64,000 bases of DNA from Octopus vulgaris (Eukaryota). The stretch lies in the NCBI GenBank assembly GCA_951406725.2, contig OX597830.1:70990001-71054000 (forward strand), written 5' to 3'. Each line of letters opens with the position of its first letter. The first letter of the stretch is position 1. This document shows, piece after piece, positions 12,763 to 25,485 of this stretch. The notes below the pieces were generated by a model. The model ran no database searches, was not told where the DNA came from, and saw nothing but the letters and a program-made list of their open reading frames with translations. A program made the position numbers and the translations under genes.

Positions 12763-13241
12763 TGTGTGTGTGTGTGTGTGAGCGCGTTCGTTTCTGCTTA
12801 TTGTTCACCGTTTTAATGAGTTTTATTGAAGAAAAGAAAAGGAAGAAGGCCCATTACGTCTTTGGAAATGTCCTGATGAGAATCTTGGGAAAAACATGAT
12901 AATTTATGATTCTTTATCTGCCCATCAAATCTTAAGCTTCGCATTCATTAATGCATCGAACTGACAGCAAATTACAGTTCAGTTCCGTCCCGTCCCGTCC
13001 TATAAACTATTTCACTGCGAAGAAGAAGCACTTTAGCAAATTAGAACTTCAGACATATTAAAATCTTCTTAAACAGCCTCCCAGTGCAATCTATCGGAAG
13101 AAAATGAAAAGAAAAGAGGTGGGGCAATAGATCGATGCAGTGAGATCGGGTTCAATACCTGACAAGAGACCAATTCAAAGTCTTTGAATTCTGCATTCGA
13201 ATTAATACCCGTATGTTATTGCTATTATTGTTTAGCGTTGA

Positions 13242-13440
13242 GGCGGTGAGTTGACAGAATTGTTAGCACGATATTTCGTCCGTCTTTACGTTCTGAGTTC
13301 AAATTCCGCCGAGGTCGACTTTGCCTTTCATACTTCAGGATCGATAAAATAAGTACCAATGGAACTATGGGGTCGAGGTAAATCGACTATTCCTCTCCTC
13401 ACAAATTCCAGGCTTTGTGCCTATAGTAGAAAGGTTTTAT
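13242..13440 (+). mobile_element. SINE-B, older subfamily (GGCCTTGTGCCTATAGTAGAAAGG-type tail)
   Basis: Core GTTCTGAGTTCAAATTCCGCCGAGGTCGACTTTGCCTTTCAT shared with about 20 copies in the window. Confidence 0.85.
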
Positions 13441-13568
13441 GTTTAGCGTCCCTTCAGTTCTGGTCCTACAGACGTACGATCAGATAATGTGATTTGAGAA
13501 TGATCTGACTGCTATTTCTTGGTGGTCGACCAACCGCATAAAGTTTCCTATTGCTTTTATTATATACA

Positions 13569-14006
13569 TTTCTACTCTAGGCACAAGGCCTCAAAATTTT
13601 TTTTATTGCCCACAAGGGGGGGGGGGGAAACATAGAGGGGACAAACAAAGACAGACAAAGGGATTAAGTCGATTACATCGACCCAGTGCGTAACTGGTAC
13701 TTAATTTATCAACCGCAAAAGGATGAAAGGTGAAGTCGACCTCGGCGGGATTTGAACTCAGAACGTAACGGCAGACGAAATACCTATTTCTTTTTTACCC
13801 ACAAGGGGCTAAACATAGAGGTGACAAACAAGGACAGACAAAGGGATTAAGTCGATTACATCGACCCCAGTGCGTAACTGGTACTTAATTTATCGACCCC
13901 GAAATGATGAAAGGCAAAGTCGACCTCGGCGGAATTTGAGCTCACAACGTAACGGCAAACGAAATACGGCTACGCATTTCACCCGGCGTGCTAACGTTTC
14001 TGCCAG
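13569..14006 (-). mobile_element. SINE-B tandem dimer
   Basis: One head and two bodies. Junction GAAATAG|GTATTTC at 13783/13784. Confidence 0.9.
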
Positions 14007-14206
14007 ATTCTATTATTTAGGTCCAGGGTAATCTTGATCGGACAGACTTGTGGTAGGTAAAATCTGTTCTAATCGTAACTATCGTTATTTTTTTTTCTGC
14101 ATATCATAAACTCCGATATTCAATATGTTCCTTCTTCAAATCAAAACAGTTTTTACCTACCACAAGTCTGTCCGATTAAGATTACCCTAGGCCTATATAA
14201 TAGAAT
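14007..14206. repeat. Inverted repeat (62-bp arms, 76-bp spacer)
   Basis: 14007-14068 matches the reverse complement of 14145-14206 with 5 mismatches. Confidence 0.9.
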
Positions 14207-14209
14207 ATA

Positions 14210-14557
14210 TTCTGAGTTCAAATTCCGCCGAGGTCGACTTTGCCTTTCATCCTTTCGGGGTCGATAAATTAAGTACCAGTTACGCACTGGGGTCGATGTA
14301 ATCGACTTAATCCGTTTGTCTGTCTTTGTTTGTCCTCTCTGTGTTTAGCCCCTTGTGGGTAGTAAAGAAATAGGTATTTCTTCTGCTGTTACGTTCTGAG
14401 TTCAAATTCCGCCGAGGTCGACTTAGCCTTTTATTCTTTCGGGGTCGATAAATTAAGTACCAGTCATGCCCTGGGGTCGATATAATCGAATTAATCCTTG
14501 TGTCAATCCTTGTTTGTCCCCTCTGTGTCTAGCCCCTTGTGGGCAATAAGGAAATAA
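14210..14557 (+). mobile_element. SINE-B tandem dimer (5'-truncated)
   Basis: Junction GAAATAG|GTATTTC at 14373/14374. Confidence 0.9.
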
Positions 14558-14948
14558 GAGCTGATAAAATGTTTAGACGCGATGCCTTGCAGTATTTGCT
14601 GTTTTTTCTTTGTTTGTTCTGCGTTCAATTCCTAGCACGGCGTTTTTGGGCGGCGTAATGTCGCTTGATTTAACACACTCACTCAGTCCTTGGGTAACTT
14701 TTGTGGATTTCGCTCTGCAAACATAGAATTCGTGTTTCCATTTTCAAGACAACTTCCCCTCTTCATCCCAGATGTACAGAAACCTTGAAAAGAAAAAAAG
14801 GGTGTGGCTGCAACGATTCTTTCTCTGATTAAGTGGTCATAAAGGGGATTCATACTCTGATTATTCTGGATTTCGTATATGTGTGTATACGTGTAAACTT
14901 ACAGCCGAACGAGTTAACACACTTGCATACACATACATGAACGTACGG

Positions 14949-15027
<79 letters not shown>

Positions 15028-15031
<4 letters not shown>

Positions 15032-15182
15032 TTCAGTAAAAATTTAGATTCAGTTGAATATGGTACTTAAGTTAATGGCACCAGAATTTGGTATGGTATT
15101 ATCCATATAAATCGAAATGGGGTGATTATAATCAAAATAAGTAAACAAGGATATCCTTGGATATCCTTGTTGCTTATTTTGA
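15028..15182. mobile_element. Probable Penelope-like end fragment with a short terminal fold-back
   Basis: Insert in (TA)n ending in TCAAAATAAGTAAACAAGGATATCC-TT-GGATATCCTTGTTGCTTATTTTGA (15132-15182). Confidence 0.4.
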
Positions 15183-15185
15183 ATA

Positions 15186-15229
<44 letters not shown>

Positions 15230-15416
15230 TAAATTAGAGATAAAACCACTAATAGGCAAATCATACAATAAAAAACTTAAGCCAATACATAAGATTAATT
15301 AATTTATATTATTTTAAATATATATCAAAATTATTAAAAATACAATGTGTGCGTGCGTATGTGTAAAGAGATAAATATATAGATAGAAAGGTAGATAAGC
15401 ATACATGTGTTTATAT

Positions 15417-15458
<42 letters not shown>

Positions 15459-15477
15459 TTTATATATATGTATATAT

Positions 15478-15514
<37 letters not shown>

Positions 15515-15534
15515 AGATAGATAGATAGACAGAC

Positions 15535-15572
<38 letters not shown>

Positions 15573-15853
15573 AATGAGAAAGTGAGTGATTATGTGAAAA
15601 TGCTTTATACAGGAAAACTAAGCACAATGCACAAGGAAAGTCATACAATAAGACCCTTTAATCCACGTTACCATTAATCCTGTTTCAATTGTGTTCAAAA
15701 GTCTGATTTACTGGTATTAGGAAGTGAAACCTTTGGAAATTTTCGTCATCCTAGCTTAATGGAATAATAATTAAGCAAATTCTATCAAAGCATGCTTTTG
15801 GAAATATTCTTAGTTGGAAGCAAAAGCTGAACAGGATTTATTTTGTACTCTCT

Positions 15854-16219
15854 CTCTTTTACTCTTTTACTTGTTTCAGTCATTTAATTGTGGCCATGCT
15901 GGAGCACCGCTTTAAGTACTTATTCTATCGGTCCCTTTTGCCGAACCGCTAAGGTACGGGTACATAAACACACCAGCATCGGTTGTCAAGCGATGTTGGG
16001 GGGACAAACACAGAGGCACAAACACACATAAATATATGTATATATATACACATATATACGACGGGCTTCTTTCAGTTTCCATCTACCAAATCCACTCACA
16101 AGGCTTTAGTCGGCCCGAGGCTATAGTAGAAGACACTTGGCCAAGGTGCCACGCAGTAGGACTGAACCTGCAACCATGTGGTTGGTAAGCAAGCTACTTA
16201 CTACACAGCCACTCCTTCG

Positions 16220-16221
<2 letters not shown>
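15854..16221 (-). mobile_element. SINE-C copy
   Basis: Reverse-complement match with a short deletion in the tail. Confidence 0.85.
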
Positions 16222-16277
<56 letters not shown>

Positions 16278-16633
16278 TATACATACATTAGTTTTAATGA
16301 GATAAAATATACAAGTTTACTTTTAATTTATATAAACGTATATTTAACACACACACATACATATGTGGAACATTCATACGTACATAGACAGAAAATCGAT
16401 TAAGCCTGTTCATCATTTTTTCAATCTACGGAGAAGTTTGTCATGTTTGTATTTCCACCACGTTGCTTTACAGACAATCTTCACTCTCTTACACACATGT
16501 CCACACTCACACACACCTATACATCCAAACGTATATACTAATCCCTTTCTCTCTCTCTCTTTCCCGCTTTCCACACATGCATGTATATACATACATATAC
16601 ACACACATATGTGAGTGTGTGTGTGTTATATAC

Positions 16634-16680
<47 letters not shown>

Positions 16681-16721
16681 TATAATATATATATACATAT
16701 ATGCATGTATATATATATATG

Positions 16722-16754
<33 letters not shown>

Positions 16755-16819
16755 GCAGGTATGTATATATATATGTATGTATATATATATGTATATATAT
16801 ATATGTATATATACGTATA

Positions 16820-16899
<80 letters not shown>

Positions 16900-17725
16900 A
16901 ATATATATATATGCAGGTATGTATATATATATATGTATAATTATGTATGTAGAAATAATATTATGATTCAGATACACGATAGCAGTCAAGAGAAATTACA
17001 GGAACAACAACAACAACAACAACAGCATCAACAACAACAACATCAACAACAACAATAGCAATAACAACAACAACAAAGAAAACAACCCCAAACCAAAAGC
17101 AAAAAGGAACTCCCCACCAAAAAAAAAAAGAAAGAAAAAAGGGAAGAAAGCAAAACAAAAATTACGACAAAGCAAATCAAACAGCCGAAGCAAAACCCGT
17201 CAAATATATTTATTATAAGACGAAGCAATATGAACAACAACAACAACAACAACAATAATCTTATTTTAAGCCCACTCATCCCCCATATCAACAACAACAC
17301 CAACAGCAACAACAAAAACAATATCGGCGACACCAACGACAACAAGACCACCACCAGTAACATCAAGAGAAGCTCCTACCCTCACCAAACCGTTTGTTGG
17401 AAATAAGAATGTCAAATCTAAGAGAATATATTGCTTGAAGCTTTCGAGATATAATTTGTAGATTTTTCTTATTATATTTAATCGCTTGCCAAACTTTTCC
17501 TTAGTTGATTTTCTCTGCTTTAGTCGTACAAAAACTACTGAACGAATTAAAATGTTGATAGTTTATGTATGACATAGGAGCCATATCTGATCAAACTGTT
17601 CTGGAACGAATTACATGTATATGTGTATGTTTGTATACATATGGATGCATTCATACATACATACATACATACATACATACATACATACATACATACATAC
17701 ATACATACATTTATATATATATATG

Positions 17726-17758
<33 letters not shown>

Positions 17759-17894
17759 GTATGTATATATATGCATATATATACGTACATACATATATAT
17801 ATATATATGTATGTATATATGCATATATATATACATATATATACGTATATATATTTAAATAAATATATATATACACACGCATATATACATATAG

Positions 17895-17959
<65 letters not shown>

Positions 17960-18539
17960 TGTACACACATAAATATACTTGTGTATGTGTGTCCGTGTGC
18001 ATTTATGAATGTATATAAAGGGGTGTGTACATATATCTGTGTTTGTAGATTCAAATACATATGTATAATTATGGATATATCAATACACATACATGTACTG
18101 TTAATACATACACACACATATATTTATATATATATATATACGTATATATAATGCGTAGGCATACACACACACACACATATACATGCATACGCATTTATGT
18201 GTGTATATATATGTGTGTGTGTAGGAGTCGAGGATTGGCTGTGTAGTAAGACGTTTGCTTTCCAACATCACGGTTGCAGGTTCAGTCCTAATACTTGCAA
18301 TTGCTTTACATTATAACCTCGGGCTTTATGAGAGAATTTGACTGACGGTAACTGAAAGAAGCCTGCTGTGTGCGCACGCAAACGAGTCTGTCCCCATTCA
18401 AACGTTTTGTTTGTTTACGTCTTTGAAAACTAGCGTGAAAAGAGACCGATTGAATATGTGCATGACTGCAATAATAAGAATGAAATCCTTATGCTGATTC
18501 CTTCGCTAAAATCTCTTGAAGGCAGTGCTATATATATGT

Positions 18540-18745
18540 AGTTGAAATTTACAGAAAAACAAAAGACGAAGACAGGTGTATAAACAATAAACAAGAGTAT
18601 TAGTTTAACGCTCGGGAATGTGAGAAAGTTTTTAAGTTTCGAGCCTTAGCTCTTCAACAGAAAGGAACACAAGGAAATAAACAGAGTGAGAGAATTAAAA
18701 AAAATTTGAGCTAGCGGTTAATCATGGCAGCTAGCTGGATAAAGG
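18540..18745 (-). mobile_element. Penelope-like terminal fragment with a degenerate hammerhead (CTGTTGA core)
   Basis: Minus strand 18629-18663 reads TTT-CTGTTGA-A-GAGC(TAAG)GCTC-GAAA-CTTA-AAAA. Same family as 61037-61147. Flanked by TA. Confidence 0.55.
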
Positions 18746-19118
18746 TATATATATATATTTTACAAACGAGGAGTTGCAGGAAATCGGAAAATATATGTAT
18801 ACATATATTACAAAAGAGGAGTGCTGAAATTTTGCTGGCATTAATGGTATCTTGAAAGGCATAGTTGCAGGCCCAAACTTCCGAATTCTTCGATTTTCAT
18901 TTTCACGTAGACATTCTTATAGCTGTAATTCAGTTGTAACAATTAAGAATCATGATTGTATGCAACTCAGTATACATACATACATACATACATACATACA
19001 TCATACATCATACATACATACATACAAACATACATACATACATACATACATACATACATCATACATATATACATACATACCAACATGCATACATACATAC
19101 ACGCACACACACACACAG

Positions 19119-19167
<49 letters not shown>

Positions 19168-19697
19168 CATATACTTGTGCGCCTGTATGTTTGCATGTAT
19201 GTAAGCATATTTCTATAATATGCATACTATTTAACAAATGCCAAATTTTGAGTCGAGATACATGTATGTTGAGATATTTTATATATTCATTGCATATTTT
19301 ATTTATTCATTGCATAACAAAAACATCTGAGCGTTGAAAATGTCTAGTAGTAGCTTCCCGCATTCTTTCTTCGAAGTTCACATTAGGCCAGGATGAACTT
19401 TGCATTTAAGTCTGCGCAGAATCGAAAAGATAAAGACGCAATTATGTACCGTTGCTCATATGATACGTTGTTCCCTTTCTATGAATTTCTATAATTTGTC
19501 TCGAATTTAGAGATTTTTGTTAAATAAAATCGACGGCGTGGTACATGTAAAGTACTAGCAGACTCTCAGGGAAGAAAAGAATGATGGTTTAACGTTTCGA
19601 GCAACGTTCAGAACAGAAGATAGGTTGAGGGAATACGAGCTAAAGAGGAAGAGTCACTGACAAATTATGATTCACAACAAAGGTGCAGAAATGGCGT

Positions 19698-19740
<43 letters not shown>

Positions 19741-20012
19741 TAAGTATATGTGATAAGATTTCGCAGCGAATTTTCAGTCAAAACCAGTGATCTCTTGTTA
19801 TATTTGGAATCATTTAGCCAAAGTACCGCTAGGCTTTGGAATCGAACACTGAGTGACAGATTCCGGGCGAAAACCTTAACCGTACAGCCATATAAATATA
19901 TTTCAATGGCTTCGCAGGTGCGTATATCTATATATATATACACGCACACATATATGTACAACTATATTTATATACACGCGTATATACATAGAAGTGTGTG
20001 TGTGTGAATATA

Positions 20013-20079
<67 letters not shown>

Positions 20080-20537
20080 CTAACACATATAAATATAAAA
20101 AAAAAAAAAAAAAAACACACACTTATGCACATGCGTGTGTGTATGTATTTATATGTGTGTATTTGCGTCTGAATCTGTGTGAACGTGTGTGTGTGAGTCG
20201 TACGTGCGCGCCATGTGTGTACGTGTTTTAAATAGCTGCTTTATACATTTCACGGGAATTGCTAATCAAATCGGAAGGAACTAGTCTATTTGAAGGTGTT
20301 TCCGACTTCGTCTATATTGGTTACTAACACACAAAGACCGGACTGTGGTCAGTTTGCTATTCTTTTATTTTTCAATTTCCTTCTCAGTGTTAGTCGTATG
20401 TGGTCTCAATATCAGACACTTGCGCTACTTTGACCGCGGTGAAGAAAGTCGTAAAAACTGGGACATAAAATTGTTCCTTCTTTTGAAGTGACCACACGCA
20501 TACATACAGAAAGTTTATGTATAACAGAAAGTTATGT

Positions 20538-20627
<90 letters not shown>

Positions 20628-20761
20628 CTATATATATATATATGTATATATATAAATGCACATGTGTATATATCGAAATACATACACATACATACAGATA
20701 GATAAATACATAGATAAATATACATATATGAATGTGTGTATAAATTAATATATATATATAT

Positions 20762-20809
<48 letters not shown>

Positions 20810-21030
20810 GCGTGTGTGTGCGCACACACACACTTATATTCATACATATATATATATATATATTTATACACACACACACACCTGCACACACACACACACA
20901 TATGTATACACGCGCGAACACACACATTAGCGTATATGCTGAAGCTCGAATATATCTAGATAAACACTCACCTACATATTGGTAGACAAATAATTCAACT
21001 TTATACCCACATAGGTATGAATACAGACAT

Positions 21031-21072
<42 letters not shown>

Positions 21073-21480
21073 CTACACACATACATATGTGTGCGTATGC
21101 ATGTTAATTCATGAAGTATAGTTTTAGCATATGTACGCATGCAAACCTTTATTCGTCTGTTGGCATCTTGTTTTAGACAATTTCTATGCTTGCAAACCAC
21201 TTATCATCATTTGAACTTATACCAACTCTACTATTTCTCTGTAAAAAATTTGTGCTGGTGCAAAGGTATTTCATGCAACGAAACAGTGCGCATTACCGCC
21301 ACGTACGTTCATTTGAATCACCTGTCTTTATTACTACTGTACACATAAGGTTCATAACCTGAAACTTTTCCCTGTTCTCTTTAAGCGCTGATCTAATTCC
21401 ATAAATGTTAAAACATATCTCTCCTGTATTGTCTTTTTTTTCTTTTGTTCACTGCATTTTTCAATAAAGGCATTGAATAC

Positions 21481-21709
21481 CTATTTCTTTACTACCCACA
21501 AGGGGCTAAATACAGAGACAACAAAGGACAGACAAACGGATTAAGTCGATTATATCGACCCCAGTGTGTAACTGGTACTTATTTAATCGACCCCGAAAGG
21601 ATGAAAGGCAAAGTCGACCTCGGCGGAATTTGAACTCAGAACGTAGCGGCAGACGAAATACTGCTAAGCATTTCGCCCAGCCTGCTAACGTTTCTGCCAG
21701 CTCGCCGCC
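21481..21709 (-). mobile_element. SINE-B monomer with TSD
   Basis: AAGGCATTGAATAC at 21467-21480 and 21720-21733. Confidence 0.9.
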
Positions 21710-22390
21710 ATGTAAAAACAAGGCATTGAATACCATACCTGTTTTCTGTGAAAAAAGTCTATAATTTCTATTATTTGGCTCTCATTCCGCACTCTAGCCT
21801 ATAGCGAAGCTGATGACCCACGTCGCACAACACTGGATACAGGAATGGCGTGTGAAACCCACAGCTAAACCCGATCTTTGGAAGAGTGTCACACACGCAG
21901 TGTCTTTCTACACACACACACGCATGCACACACACACACATGTATGTGTGTGTGTTAATGTATACGTGTGTCTGTGTTTATGTATGCATACATGTGTGTG
22001 TGTGTATGTATGTATGTATGTATGTATATATATATATATATATATATATTGTTGGCATCCTTTTTGTCTCGGGAGACAATGGAGTTGCGTATAAAATAGT
22101 CCAGTCCGGCTTTTACATTTCATGTCCTGATATATTTCCTACTGTGGCTGTGTAGTCCTATCCTGGACATATTTATATATATACGTATATATATATATAT
22201 ATCTATGTATGTATGTACGTGTGTATGCATATGTATGTGCGTGTGCATGTTTATGTACGCGTTCATGTAATGGTTCCAGGTTCAGTCCCACTGTGTGGCA
22301 CCTTGGGCAAATGTATATTACTATAGCCTCGGGGCGCACCAAAGCCTTGTGAGTGGATTTGAGAGACAGAAACTGAAAGAAGCCCTTCGA

Positions 22391-22444
<54 letters not shown>

Positions 22445-22805
22445 GTTCTTTTATTCTTTTACTTGTTTCAGTCATTTGACTGCGACCATGCTGGAGTACC
22501 GCCTTTAGTCGAGCAAATCAACCCCAGTGCTTATACTTTGGTAGCCTAGTACTTATTCTATCATTCACTTTTGCCGAACAGCTAAGTTATGGGGATGCAA
22601 ACACGCCAGCATCGGCTGTCAAGCGATGTTGGGTGGGGGGGGGACAAGCACAGACACACAAAAAATATATACTCTGCATAAATAATGCTAATGAATATAC
22701 TTTTGTACATACACATATATGTGTGAATGTGTGCGTGCGTGTACGCGTGTGAGTGCGTGCGGGTGTGATCGCATGCACGTATGTATGAGTGCACGCTTGT
22801 GTGTG

Positions 22806-23803
22806 TTGATTGCTCCTCCTTGTCAGAAGAGTGCCATTCTTTCATTTGAACTATGCACAACTGTATGCAGGCTCTTCAACCTAACTTCTGTTCTACTAGT
22901 ATGTTCACATATGTAACACTTGATCCTCTGTCTCTGGCATAACCGGCTCAGTTGTGGCCTCATGCCTGGCCAGACTACCAGCTGACTTGCAAATTAAGCT
23001 AAACCTGTTACAAATGTGTTCCGAAGGACGTGGTGGCTGTACTATCATGTAAGTGGAGGGGCAATGGCCCAGTGGTTAGGGCAGCGGACTCGCGGTCATA
23101 GGATCGCGGTTTCGATTCCCAGACCGGGCGTTGTGAGTGTTTATTGAGCGACAACACCTAAAGCTCCACGAGGCTCCGGCAGGGGATGGTGGTGATCCCT
23201 GCTGTACTCTTTCACCACAACTTTCTCTCACTCTTACTTCCTGTTTCTGTTGTACCTGTATTTCAAAGGGCCGGCCTTGTCACTCTCTGTGTCACACTGA
23301 ATATCCCCGAGAACTACGTTAAGGGTGCACATGTCTGTGGAGTGCTCAGCCACTTACACGTTAATTTCACGAGCAGGCTGTTCCGTTGATTCGGATCAAC
23401 CGGAACCCTCGTCGTCGTAACCGACGAAGTGCTTCCACCACTATCATGTAAACTTAAGTGGTTGACTGATCCATTTCCTTGAAAGAGTTAATCGTCTACA
23501 CACATTGCACTTCAATTCCAGGTAGATTTCTGCAGGCACTCTACTTGAATCTTGTTTAAGGATTATCCTTTCAAAGAAGTGGGTGACATTTTTTCTTGCT
23601 CGTAGACTTCATATCAGTTCTTGACAATCTTTCTTCGTGATTCACGGTTTTCAGCCAATGCCTTCCATTTAGCCACACCTATCGCCAAAGTTTTAAGATA
23701 GCCTTTTGTAACACCCTTAAATTCCTTCCTTGGTTTATCCTGCGGTTTTCTCCTACTGGTCAACTCCGCATTAAAAATCTGTTGTGGCACCCTTCCCTCT
23801 TCT
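22806..23803 (-). pseudogene. RTE-clade LINE 3' fragment
   Basis: EEGRVPQQIFNAELTSRRKPQDKPRKEFKGVTKGYLKTLAIGVAKWKALAENRESRRKIV matches the RTE ORF2 C-terminal pattern. Decayed Cys/His motifs lie downstream. Interrupted by the SINE at 23053. Confidence 0.75.
23053..23439 (+). mobile_element. Full-length tRNA-derived SINE (SINE-D head, tail type 2) with 12-bp TSD
   Basis: A box TGGCCCAGTGG, B box GGTTTCGATTCCC. TSD ACTATCATGTAA at 23041-23052 and 23440-23451. 3' stem-loop GTCG-TAAC-CGAC. Confidence 0.92.
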
Positions 23804-23878
23804 AAGTTACGGGGACGTAAACACCCCGGCATCGATTGTCAAGCGATGTTGGGGTGACAAACACAGACACACAAACAT

Positions 23879-23930
<52 letters not shown>

Positions 23931-24093
23931 GACAGGCTTCTTTTAGTTTCCGTCTACCAAATCCACTCCCAAGGCTTTGGTCGGCCCGAGGCCATAGTAG
24001 AAGACACTTGCTCAAGGTGCCATGCAGTGGGACTGAACCCGAAACAATGTGGTTGGTAAGCAAGCTACTCACCACACAGCCACTCCTATGCCA
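23802..24093 (-). mobile_element. SINE-C 5' two-thirds
   Basis: Reverse-complement match to SINE-C. Confidence 0.85.
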
Positions 24094-24165
24094 ACTTTGT
24101 TCATCATTTTTCCAATTTACGTAGAAACAACTCAATTAGCACTGTTTATATACCTTTTAAGTAGG

Positions 24166-24212
<47 letters not shown>

Positions 24213-24217
<5 letters not shown>

Positions 24218-24445
24218 CTTTACTACCCACAAGGGGCCAAACACAGAGGGGACAAACAAGGACAGACAAAGAGATTAAGTCAATTATATCGACCCCAGTG
24301 CGTAACTGGTACTTAATATATCGACCCCGAAAGGATGAAAGGCAAAGTCGACCTCGGCGAGACTTGAACTCGGAACGTAAGGACAGATGAAATACGGCTA
24401 CGCATTTCGCCCGGTGTGCTAACGTTTCTGCCAGCTCGCCGCCTT
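24213..24445 (-). mobile_element. SINE-B monomer
   Basis: Full head and tail; the 3' end sits in (TA)n. Confidence 0.9.
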
Positions 24446-24675
24446 GGAGTAAACACATAAATGTGAAACAAGGTGGAAAAAAGAGTACTCAAATAACAGT
24501 GGTAGAGTAATATGCTTTATCTAACGCAGCAGAAAATTCAACAAAACTTGTTACTCTGAGTTTCCCGTTGCCGTTCATCGGACAGTTTTTGCTAGAAAAA
24601 CTGTCCGATGAACGGCAACGGGAAACTCAGAGTAACAGGTTTTGTTGAATTTTCTGCCGCTTTAAATAAAGTATA
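24446..24675 (-). mobile_element. Penelope-like pLTR with inverted partial copy (80-bp palindrome arms, 5-nt loop)
   Basis: Arms 24511-24590 and 24596-24675, 5 mismatches. Same family as 60788-61002 in the opposite orientation. Hammerhead fold on both strands. Confidence 0.75.
24601..24638 (+). ncRNA. Minimal type I hammerhead ribozyme motif (mirror copy at 24548-24585 on minus)
   Basis: CTGT-CCGATGA-ACG(GCAA)CGG-GAAA-CTC-A-GAG-TA^ACAG. The base of stem II is an A/G mismatch in this copy. Confidence 0.6.
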
Positions 24676-25197
24676 TATGTATATATATATATATATATAT
24701 GATTATTTGAGGGAATATTAATCCTAAATTAGAGGGAAAAAATTCAATTTAGAAATACTAAATCAAATTTCACACAATATAATATAATATGATATAATAT
24801 AATATAATATAATATAATATAATATAATAAAATATAATATAATATAATATATATATATTCTACCAATTATATACGTTTTTATTATTATTTTTGCAATTTA
24901 CTTAAGCATCGGTATTTCATTGTTCGTTTAATTTTAATATTTCTATTATATGTAATTTTCTAGATGGTGTAATTTAATTGTTCATTTTGAATTGATAAAA
25001 GGTGTTTTTTTTTTTAAATATATATATATATATATGTGGGGTGGTGGTGTATGTGTGTGTATCTGTACAGGTGTATCTCGCTATCGATATTATATATTTA
25101 CTTGCATTCTTAATTATAAAGTAATTACTATCTAATCAATAGCATCGGGTTTAAAGTTTCTTCCTCTTTGAAGGAGAGACGAGGGAGCATTTGCAAC

Positions 25198-25286
25198 ATG
25201 GTGCAGGAACTTCAACAAAAAGGTGTTGTCTTCAAGAGCAAGAGATATTTAGCTTTTTTTTGTGTAGTTTATATACTTGAGCACAG
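25198..25286 (+). CDS. Candidate first coding exon, unknown product (MVQELQQKGVVFKSKRYLAFFCVVYILEH...)
   Basis: CAACATGG start context, open frame to a consensus CAG|GTAAGT donor at 25286/25287, in unique sequence. No recognisable homology. Confidence 0.25.
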
Positions 25287-25434
25287 GTAAGTGGGTAAAT
25301 AAATCTACATTAAAAATTGATATGACAGCAGGTACATAAGATTGATAGATCGATAAATAAATAGATGGATATATGTATGTGTTTATCTGTGTGTGTCAAT
25401 TTGGGATAGATAGACAGGGAGATAGAACAGACGG

Positions 25435-25485
<51 letters not shown>

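Noticed and set aside
23053-23130. tRNA gene (also at 1408-1480 and the SINE-C heads)
   Set aside because: The A/B boxes continue into a SINE body with tail and TSD, and no complete cloverleaf with a Pol III terminator is evident.
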